DNA of 64,000 nt from Tubiluchus corallicola (Eukaryota; Animalia; Priapulida), in NCBI GenBank assembly GCA_030141605.1, contig JAQGDQ010002373.1:343921-407920 (forward strand), written 5' to 3'. The notes under the pieces are model-generated. The model made no database searches and was not told the DNA's origin. It worked only from the letters and a program-made list of their open reading frames with translations. Below, one piece after another: positions 11,601 to 23,600 of this stretch (positions are counted from its first letter, which is position 1; every line of letters starts with the position of its first letter). The translations under genes and the position numbers were made by a program.

Positions 11601-14600
11601 TTTTCCGAAATTGTGCTGGAGATGACAGAAAACTCTACATCTACAAACTACTACTACTGCTTGAAAAATATCGATAGCTTGCTTTGCTTCATTTCTCCTC
11701 TGGTGAGGCGGTCAATTTCGGCTCCCAGCCGTTTCAATTGAAGGTTGTCCTCGAAGCCTCGTGCCACCAATCCGAGTTTGGTTTTCCGTTTGGATGCCAT
11801 TTTTCAACTGACTGACACGCAAACAAACAAATTTGAAATCTCTGTGGTGTCCGCCACGCCCACTGCGCAGAACCATGTAAACAGGTCATGAGAGACAATG
11901 GAGTTGGTGCCAAAATTGATTCTACTATCGAAAGAAGGGTGATTCTTATACGAGCGGATTTTCACTAGGAAAATGCCAATTCAATTCGGGAAACGCGATT
12001 TTGATTCTTATATCGAGCTGATTCTTATACGTGTGATTCTTGTAACGAGAATCCACTGTAGTTCAAGTCTGTATTTAATTTTCAAAATTTACGACTAATC
12101 GTATTTCATATTAATGTGATGAGACGCAGTGTATTGCTCGTAAAAAATAAATTATCATTATTATTACTGTTTTAAACAGAGCACAAATAGCTATTTGGAA
12201 TAAAAAATAAGAAGTGTAATAAATTGCTGAGTAAAACTGCTTACTGGAATATTGAGCAACACGGGATCGACAGCAGTCCGAAATGGAATCGACTCCGGTT
12301 GTCGACAGAGCTTTTCTAGCGTTGGCATCAAGGCTTGACGGAGTTCGTCTGGTTTGAATACTAAACAGAATAAAATTAATCTTAGCTATGGCTACATGCG
12401 TATATTTGAAAGTAACAATGTCAATCATGAGTGGAGGAACACAAGATATAATTAGTAGGTTAAGCACAGCATTGCAACACACAAGACTTGACAAGATCTA
12501 GAAAGCAAGGAGCATTAGGGCAGACTAAAATAAATTCAAAGTACTGAGGTCAGTGTTAATGTATGGAAATGAGGCATTCAAGATGGCAAAGACAGAGAAA
12601 AAGAAATTTGGGGCATTCCAGTTTGTGCCTGAGAAGGATACTAAGTACTAGATGACAGGAGCTGGTGACAAATCTGGAGGTGGCAAACAGCATGCGGATT
12701 AATGCAGTGCGCGATGAACTTAGGAAGAAGAGATGGAATTGAATTGGAAGGAAGAAGGGCAAGAGGTAGACCAAGAACAACATGTAAAAAGGCAAAATGG
12801 AAGCAGAAAGGAGTTACGCAGGGTGAAAGAGCTAGAGTGCAGTCAAAGCAGTGGCAATAAACAGAAGGGTTTGGAAGACGAGTGTCACGGGCTTATGCCC
12901 TTCATGGTGTAGAGAGAATTAAGTATGCTAAGTGTATGACTGAATTCTGAAAACTTTAAACCTGCAATGTGTGTAAGACAACTTACAATGCTCTATTTTG
13001 TGTTTAACTACTGGTGATTTGAATACCAAAAAGAGAATAAAATTAATCTTAACTATAACAGGGTTCCCACAGAATTTTAAAATAAATTTCCCTGACTCTT
13101 TCATGACTTTTGTCTGACCAAATATTGCTTTTCTATGATAAAGAGAAGCAGGAATTGCATTACCAGTCAAACATTCAAACATTTTTGGATATGGACATTC
13201 ATACATATACTGATATATAATGTGTCTGCCAATCATTATTTTTGGAACAGAAATCGAAACTGGGAGCCTACCATAGCAACATTTTATTTGAACACTAATC
13301 GCTGAAAAATATGTTTGGAAAAATACTTGTTCACGGTGATTATTTTTGCAGCCCTTTCCAATTTCCCTGACTTTTTGCGCCATTTTCATCACTTTCCCTG
13401 ACTTTTTACCAAATTATCTTTTCCCTGACTTTCCAGGATAGATTGTATTTTCAAGGATTTTCCCTGACCGTGGGAACCCTGTTATTATAAGCAAATTATG
13501 TTAAAATACTACTACTAGAGTTTTCTATTTTGTACTTAATTGGTGACATAAACATTGTTATAAATTTAATAGTAAATTGTCGGCTGATAAATAATTGCCT
13601 TTTTTATTATGCTTTGGCTTGGATACTGATGGTGAGACAGGTTCCTCTTTTACTTGAACTGCATCACTGCAACTGTTAGTGGAAACGTCACTGTCACCCG
13701 TCTCGGTTTTAACCAGCGATTCCTGTCCTGATTTAACACTGTTGCCGACCTCTTCTGGCTGTTGCTCGCCAATTTGCTCCTGAAAGTTATCACTTATAAC
13801 CTCTTGTTTAACCTCTACTTTCACTTCCGGCTTGATTTCATTTTGACTCAGGCAAGACTGTGTATTTCCGCCCATTAGTGAACTTTGCGTACTGCCACCC
13901 TGCAAATCACAAAATCATTATTAATTATGTTGACATTGAGTATTTATATATTAAAAATAATACTGTTCTTTTATTAAATTATTCTTCTGATACACGTAAG
14001 AAAAGTTTGAAACTACTAATGTTGAACCAATAATGAAATATGTCAAAAATTTTGACTAATAAAATTTTAGCTATAAAAAGTAGTAGCTGGAACTATAAAT
14101 AAACCCTCACTTTTTGTGCCTGTTGAGGGAGGGGAGAAAAAAGAGACTGCTGCCCAGAAAGTGCACGCTGTGACTGCTGCTGATTTTCAGTTGACATAGG
14201 CATGGTCGATACTGCTGACTGAGACGTCGGATATTGACGCTGAAACTGTTGTTGCATTTGCAGCCGCTGCAAGTGAAGGGTAGCTTCAATCTTATCATAC
14301 TGGAAAACAGAAACGCAAAGTGCTACAGACAAGTGTATACAGGGAAAATAAAAAAGTAAGCCAACACAAATCTAGGACTACTGTCTCAATGTTAAAAAAA
14401 TGAGCAACTGTGTAAGCACCATACCTCCATATTGTTTGATAATTCAGATGGTTGAGAATTCCCCAAACCAGTAGCTGTTCCATTTAACATTGAATCTGAT
14501 GAAGGAACCATATTAGATACCTACAGAATAAAATGTGTTTTTTGCTATACACATTCCCTTAAGTAGGACTGTTTGGAAAATAAAAGCACCATTGTTTAAT

Positions 14601-17600
14601 TAATGTTTTCCCTTTACAGATGTCAGTTTAAGTGTTGCTGAAAAGTGATAACACAATAAAATTTAACAGAGCCAGCAAATTGATATATTATGCATTTTCT
14701 TTGGTTAAGGTGATGCTACATTACCGAATTCTCTAATAATGCAAACATACCAAAAAGAATTAAATTTAATCTACCTGATTTGATGCAGGCCCCATCGAAG
14801 ATGCAACATTAAAATTTCCTCCATTAGTTGTTTGCTCTATCATGTGCCGCAAAGGTGGTGACATAAGAGACTGGGTGCTTGCTGACTGTGCAGGCATGTT
14901 ATATGGAGTTGGCTGATGCGACACCCCGGGCTGATGCGGTCGCACATTTGGCAAGGTGGGTGCAGGTGGATTACACAAAATCTCACTGTCCACACTTGGA
15001 ATACAGGATGATGGATATGAACCATCTAAAACAAAAAGAATTAGTTTATAATGTCGTACTAGGCGTTATGCGGGACTACGTGTATGCAATTAAAATTATA
15101 CAAAAGTACCAGATACAACTTTGCCAGATTTGAATTTTTTGGTTGTTTTAAATCAAATCCAGGAATCCTCTGTCCAATCTGTACATTATGTATACATTTG
15201 CTGAAAAATTAAGACTTTTCAATTTTTGTTTACATTTTTGCTTTGTATGAAGCTTAGCTGCAAACATTCTGAAACCCAAGAGGTACTGTGTGAATTTTAC
15301 TAAACAGATGCTTGCTTTATTGTATGACTAAGTTATGAATGCTCACTAACGTTGAAGTTTGGGTAATAGTGACCTAGCTCATAAACAAGGTAATAATCTT
15401 GACAGTCACAGTCATAATCAACAAAAATGCTATAAAATGAAACATTTAATTTTGTAGAGGTATTCGAAGTTTCAGTTTTGAAAGCATATACTGTATTTCC
15501 GATATCAACGTGATAATAGTCGTGAGGCAGTACAGCAGATTCACACATACACTCACTCACTTACTAGTTATGTCTGGTATTGCTTAATTTTGGTCGATCA
15601 GCACATGCCGTGAGAAATCAGCTATTATACTTCCGTTCAGCACAGAATAGCTTTTGCTAAGCATTAATTTGCCTTTTTGGTAATACAAACAAGTAAATTT
15701 TTTTTAATGTTCAAATGTATTAAATTTTAACTGAAAAAATATTTCAGACAGCATGTGTATTAGGATTTTTGGCACTCTCGGCGAAAAATTTCTGTTCAAG
15801 AATTCTTTTACTAGCTTTAGGAACTTGCGTATTTCCCACATACACATGATCAGGGGAAACCTTTAACATACATAGCACTACGTAAGCTTGTATTACGGAA
15901 GCTGCAGATACTGCATCTTGCCGTTAAACCGTGGTGCGGAGTTAAGAACGAAAAAATTGAATGTTTAATCACAACCACAGGCAGTTTGATTTGATTTTCA
16001 GGAATCGCATGTTGATTTGATTGTGGTGTGATAATTGTTTATGCTTTAATTTTTGTGCTATTAGAAAAGAAAACTCCTATGAAGAATAAAAACCCAAAAA
16101 TGTCACTGCTCTTGTCGAACGTTTTCTAAACATAAATTCAGATTATATGTTTTTGCCAATCCCGACACATTGACGCAATGCACAGATCAAATTTTAGTGT
16201 ATATGCATGTTCAACAAATGTGGTGATAATGATTGTGTAGTTAACCAGCACGCATGCTCTCACTTCATTAAAGTCAAACTAAACCCTCACTATTATATAC
16301 GCTTTTACAACTTAATATCCTACTCTCAATATGAATATTCAATTTATTTTATTATAAACTTACTGTAAAACTCGTCACTCTTAATTTTTTATCACTTGAT
16401 TGTCAGCCATATTAAATTAACAACTTAATGAGTACAGTCACACAGTCACCAAATATCGGTAACCAAAGACGCTTTTTGTATCTCGTACATCATTTTTGCT
16501 CACTTGCGCCAAAGACACGAAACATGGCGATGTATGCATTCAAAATTCGCCAGAAAAAGGTAAGTTATTTAATTTATGTTTTTTTAATAATAATAACTAC
16601 GACTTCTTTGCTTTACCATAATAATGTGTTAAAAAAATTTCAATGTCTGTAGGGATTATATAGGCCTTTAATGTTCCTATTTTTACTTAATAGGAACTGC
16701 ACTGATATTCTACTACATGTGCACTAATAATGCATGCTATATTATATCCAAAAGCGAAGGAAAAAGTTAACAGCTTACTTTGAGGCCTATACATAGATAA
16801 ATCAAAATTCTATAAAGCCTTGCAGACACAATTTTAGTAATGCAGAAACGGAAATTTCAAAAATTTATGTAACTTAAAATCTGTTCTCATTGTATTTGGC
16901 TTGTGTAACCGATCTTTTGTTATGTAGTTTTTATGGCATAGCATTTTTATGGAGATACAATAATATAAATATAATACTTTATAAAAAAAGTCAAGTCAAG
17001 TTTGCTCGTACTTTTTACAAAATTAAATGCTCTGTACAGGAAAGGAGTTGTCATTTAGATGATGTTACCAAAGGATGTTGCCTTAAAAATAACCTGTTAA
17101 CAAAAATTACCAGGTTTTATTGACAATATGGCTGACTTTGGTTAATTGAAATAAATGTGGATTATTACCATCGACCCATTGCAAAAAGGGAATTCGACCC
17201 ACGATTTGGCCATATTTAGCTATAATTTCAAGCTTTGTTTCCATCGACATCATCCTTTTCTTCTTATCACTGCCACTGGCACTTGATTTTTTCGGACCCA
17301 TGGTTATAGAATGCGTTCACGTGAGATAAGAGCGCAACAAAGCGTTCACGTGATGCTACGAAATGCATTCTGGGAGTACCGCTGTCGGGCAGCACTTTCG
17401 ATTTTCGTTTTCGTATCTTGAACGTTTAACTGGGACGGAAATTTCTTCGAAACCCGATTCGTATTCTGAATTTTTTGTATAATAAGGTTTTCATAAGTCG
17501 AGGTTCCTATGTATTACAAAAATAGCTTAAAATGCTTTAGAATAGTTTTCAAATAAGCAACCAGCTTTACCAATGATAATTTGTTGGAGCAGTAGCTGTG

Positions 17601-20600
17601 ACCTGATGAATAAAAGAACTCGACAGCAATACTACAAACTTAGTTACTAATGGTAAGGTTCACGTAAACGCAAAGTCCGCTCAAGCTAAAATTCTTTAAG
17701 TAACCGAGGTTCATGAGTATTAACAGCGGATAAAATCAATTCGAAACTATTTACCAAACCAGCCAAAACCCACCAGCTTTGACCAGAACATAAACTTGCA
17801 CTTACTTGACATAACGACTAGTTGTGAGGGGTTCAAATGATCAGAAGGGTGAGGCTGCCCACCTCGTTGCCTGTTTTGTCGCTTTTCTTCTAATTCTTTC
17901 TGGATTTTATAAATCTTTTCAGCCAGTAGTTGATAATAGGCTTCCTATAAGCAGCAATTCAAAATGTATTAGTGTTACATCATGGCACAAAATTAATAAG
18001 AATTCACCAGATTTCGAGATTTGTACGACACCATTAGGGTAATAAAGCTAGCAATCAATCGGGTAACCTGAGCAATTCGTTAATATAATACCACCCATTA
18101 TGAACACAAAACAAACGTACTCTTACTTTTGCCTAGTAAGTTACAGTAAAAAAAAACCTATGCTAATAAAATCAACTCACTCGACTTGTTGCAGTTTCAA
18201 ACATATCTGATTCCACTTTCTGCGCATACTTGACTAGGTTAATCATCCTACGATCCTGAAGTGCAGCTGGGTCAGGGGTAGGGAAGATTGCTTGCACCCT
18301 GAAAATATTGTCATGCTGTAGTCATGACTATTAAAATCATAGATGATGACAGACAGGAAAAGAAATTTGTTAATACTAAAATAAGTAAACAGAGTCAGTT
18401 TTAACAATTTCCCAAAAAATAAAAAATAGTACAATTCTTTTATTCTTTTACTCGCAGCACGCAGCACAGTAACTTAAAGCTATAAAGAAACATATGGCAA
18501 GTTTGCACGCATGTGAATTGGTACAGCTAATAATTAAGTATACAAATTGCAAATGACGGCCATTTCACATCAGTTGTGAAGCAGTGTGTTATTTACCAAG
18601 GAAGCTGACAAATTAGCCGATTTTTACCATAATTTTTACGTGCACACGCAAACCGATAACAAAAAAATAATAATAAAGAATAAAGCATTTAAAAACTTAA
18701 ATAAGTAAAAACTAGAATACATAACTTACAATTTTTGGACTAAATGGTTACGCAGATCTGGGGCAACATTACTATGCCACGGCTTAGGATTTTGAGATGC
18801 AGGCTGAACAATCGGTAGTGATAAACTCTGTTGCTCCTGCAGAGTAGCTTGTAATGACTGTGGTAATCCGGCATGGACACTTGTGGGAAGCCCTCCTATC
18901 ATCTGATTTTGATTTGCCATTGGTGAATTAGCCACGCCTGGAGGCAGAGCAGGATTCGTGGGTCCATTCGCATAGGCAATGCCCGGTAATGGCGGTGAGG
19001 TGAACCGAAGTGATGGACCCGTTGTACCATTGCCTGTCAGATGAGATGCGATGGCAGCTGAAATTGCATAAATAACAATTAATTAGACTCAGCAGTTTAC
19101 GACTCAATACGCATAAACTGAAGGCACAAAACAAACAAAACCAGTAGTACAGTAAACAAACAAAGCACAATCAATTTCCAAATTAATAAAAACGAGTTTG
19201 TAACATTAAATACAAGCTCATTCTAATCAAAATTTTCGCAAACGTAATCAAGATTTAAGTTATTACAAGAGACAATATGAAGCAAATATAATACATACAT
19301 GGTCTTAGCTGATGTTGTCCCAAAAACTGTGGAGCCCTTTTTGGTCGCATCATTTGGTTTGGAGCTTGATTGTTTTGTGATGATACGCTAATGCTGCTCA
19401 CAACCATATTTGGTAGTTTATCAGACTGGGAAAGTAAGGCCATTGGTTGACTGCTGAGTGCATTAACAAAATTTGGCTGTCCAGTTATGTTTGACATACC
19501 TAGAAAATCAAATTAATGGGAGAATTATCACAACGGCAGTAAGTTCTCACCACAAAGACACAAACAAGACATGCACAAAAGTAAAAACACTCCTCCCACT
19601 TTCTCTTGAAAAAACTTACAATATTTGTTTAACTAAATGTTCAGTTTGTTAATTTTGTTATAAGTACGTAGCGCTTAATTTCATACCTAGAGGAGCTGTT
19701 TGAACGGGCTGTGAAGACAACTGCTCCGCACTCTGAATCGATACTCCAATAGTACCGGATTGCGGAGCAGCAGCAGTGCTTCCTATTTGGCTTTGTTGTG
19801 TAATAGCCACCACCGTGGACACTGGACGCTTGTCAGATGCATTCTTTAATGGCAAACACACTGGACAGTCTGCCCGAGTACAGTTCTTCCAATGTGTGAT
19901 AATCTGTCGTGACGATGCACAATGAGGAACTGTATATAAATAAAAACCGCAATCAATGACCTAGCATTTACAAGGGATGAATTTTTCAAAACTCATCACT
20001 TTATAATCTCAAATTGTACTTCAATTGGCTAAAGAACTTAATTGTTATACCATAATAATTAATGTAATATTAAGAACTGTCAAACACAGTCTTGCCAATA
20101 CTCATAAGCCCTCTACAAATGTACATCGCAACCATTCACTGGAAGCATTATAAGTTGGAAAGTACAAAATTACTTACGAAAAGGTGCTTGTAAGTGTTAA
20201 TAAACAAATGAAGAAAGAATAGCGGCAGATTAAAGGTCTACTACTTTATCTAAGATGAAACAACGATGAATGCACAAAGAAACATGGTGATAACATTTAT
20301 TATGGTGATAATGAAATGCACCAAAATGGACTAATAATTTAAAAACAGAAATGAGTTTTGCATAGTCATAAGATAGCATTCAAATATGGGAAGTCACAAA
20401 GCTTCACCAGAATCCGAATTAGAGCTCTGATTTCCTTAAGTTCTATGTTACTTTAGAACAACCGCAATTTGGCAGAATTTTTTTGTATAGCTTTGGCTGC
20501 AGAAACAATTCTGCGGCTCTTAAAAACAAAAGCAATTATACACTCTCAAACACGAGTAAAAAGATATCTGAGTAATTCTAACCGAAGCAAGCTAAATATA

Positions 20601-23600
20601 TAATTAAAACTGAGTATCTAAGGAACTGGCAATGTTACATGATATTTCATGAAAGAAACACGATACTGCTATAAGGTAAAATTCTCCCCATCTCTTGAAG
20701 CAACAAATAGGTGAAACAGCTTTAAACAAAACTGTAATCTGGTAATAGATTTTTCTAACACATATAAAGCACTATAGACAACATATTAACATTATGCAAC
20801 TCACCTAAGCACCTTCGACCATCCTGGCAAGTGGTCATATGATTCAATACATCCTTCATGGTTCTACAGTGAGGCAACTGACACGGTCGTATCTCGCCAT
20901 TGGTAGCTGAACGACGTTCACGTTGCGCACACTTATGTGCATGCAAGAGCAACACTAGCTGTTGCTGGATGAGCTTTCTTTTTTCCGGGTCTGTAGCTGG
21001 AGTAGAACCAGATTGACTGGGCTGTCAAAATTCAATAAAGATTTTACCAAAACAGCCACAAATTAATTGAGAAGGCGACAGCATCTAACTTTTTAAAGCT
21101 TCTAACTAGTTCAAAATATATGACAGGCAAAATTTAAGCAATTGAGCATTTCTTCGTCTGTAAATGACTACATGCGGGATGAAATTAAATAACATCATTT
21201 ATGTGAATCAGCTGAATAATAATTATGTACATTATGATTGTAAGTTTCTGAGACTATGATGCGTTTCTTCGAAGGTGGCATATATTTTCTAAATCACCAA
21301 GAAGTTTATTTTCGAACAACAAAGCCATAAGAAGAAGTATCAATAACTTTAATCCACGAATTTTGAAATACTTTATAGAATTTGCTGATTTTCTTCCCAG
21401 AACGAAGTTTACAGCGAGTTCATATGTGACCCAGCCAGTTTCTGCTTTCCATTTCGGCTGTTAGGAGATGCAAAAAGTTATCTGTTACTGAAACCAAATT
21501 AAAACACAATTCTTCATGGTTAATTTCAAATTTTCTAAATTACCTCATTTTGATTACGCGCCATCATTGCACCAAGTGCACCACCAGCTGAGCTTGTATC
21601 GCCTGTGCCACCTGCCAAACTTTGTGCAGGCAAAGGCATTCGTGGGGGTGCACCACCTACTGCTGGACAACTACTGACCATAGGGAATTCCGTGCTGCAA
21701 GAGTTGAATTGAGCATCACCTGTAGCTGGCATCATTTGCTGTCGAGGTACAGGCGAGTTGGTTGAAGATGTTGCAGCAAACTGAAAAACAGAAAACTAAA
21801 CGTGCAAAAAACAATTACAAACACGTTACCTTAATCAAATCTTGATGTACCAGTGTACACATAGATCCCAAGCATATAGATGTTAACAAAGCTTTTGACA
21901 TACATACTTGAGATTTATGCAAACATGCTATACATTTGGAGTATATAAGCTAATAGGTAATCAGATTGAAAAACAAACAAAAAATTTACTGAAAAATGCA
22001 CAAATGAACACCAATGCCAAACTTGTGATTTTTAATATTGTTTCAAATGACATTTTGAGTCAAAACTTACAAAGACAGAAGCATAAATTAGTTGACAATA
22101 ATTAGACTATTCAGCCATGTAAAAAACAGTTTTTCTGTGGAATATAAAATGGATTTGCTTACATTTAACAATAATAATTTAAACAAAAAATTTTAACGAA
22201 GACTGCTGAAAATACCCAGATAAAAACTATTAAATGCATTCAAAAAAAGAATAAAGTAAGCAGAAGCAGCAACTTCAATACCGACAATAAATGCACCAAT
22301 ATATTAGGGTAACCTTCTTATGGTAATATATATTATGCACAAAAATATAATGTATGGAATATATTACAGCCAGGTGTCTCACCTGAGACATTGCTTGCGA
22401 ATCTGGTAAGCAATTGCTTCCCTTCATCATTGTAGTTGTTGCTTGCAATGCATTACACACTTGTGGATGACCATATGCTTTATTATTGTAAGCCTGTTGC
22501 TGGCTTCCTCCTGCAGATGGCATCACGTTTGTTTGCAACAATGTACTTTTATTGGCTGCAGAGGAGCCAGCACTGTTTGATGGCAACATTAGGCCCAGTT
22601 CAGACGATGAAACTAGTGTTCTGTTTGCAGACGTCTGAGATACGTTCAACAGTTGATTAGACAATTGCACTTCGGCAACACTCGAAGACTTATTACTATT
22701 TACATTGTTCTGAACAGAAAAACCAGGTGATGTCGGAGAGCTCGAGTACGTACTGTTGGAGAAAACGCCAGACGAAGGGCTGCTCGTAAATCCAGACACA
22801 GTCACGTTAACCTGCGGACTACTAGAAGGTGTTGCTGATTTACTGTTTACAATATTTGGCGGTGGAGATGCCAAGTGATTGTAAATTGGGCTTCGCTGAA
22901 ATCCAGGACTGGAAGTTGCGCCACGAGTGGCACATTGTGGACTACTGGACTTCGGTCCTGCTTTGTTTGGTAAGAGCCGGGCTAAAGAAGGGTTGTCTAT
23001 TATAGTGCCGTTTACTAGACTCTGCGACGATGGTGCACTGAGAGTTGTGGAGTTGCTAGATGGAGGCGGATGTTCTCCCATGACAGATTCCCAAAAACTG
23101 TCAAAGGCATCTGAAAAAATAAGCAACACAAATGATGTTTGAATTCTAAAGCTACAATGTAAAGTTAGAGACATGTACAATATTATTTTTTGTGCAATAT
23201 GGACAAATGGATTATACTTTATACAAGTAATGTAGCATTCAGCGAAACGGCCTACTCAATACGTTGGTATTTGTGACGAGTCTGGATCTTAGCTCAATGT
23301 CAGGGGGTAATGGTTTCTCAGAGGATTAGTCTTGGTAATGACCCAGGTTATGGTACATTGTTCTGAACGGTAAAACCAGGTGATGGTTGGAGAGCTGGTT
23401 TTGCGGCAGTCAACCTGTCAAATCCTATAATGTTGAAAAAACTTCTTTAGATGAAATTGTGTTTTAAAATCATCATTAAGTATATCCGATTGAGAAGCAA
23501 ATTCAAACACAAATAAGAGCGATTCTGCAATAATGAATTAGCCGTGCATAACTAATGTGCCCAGTAAGGGCCATTGAATTTAGTTTTACAACAATGCACG

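Noticed and set aside
12928-13392. 154-aa minus-strand ORF
   Set aside because: Lies largely within a MITE, has no recognisable domain and is a chance open frame.
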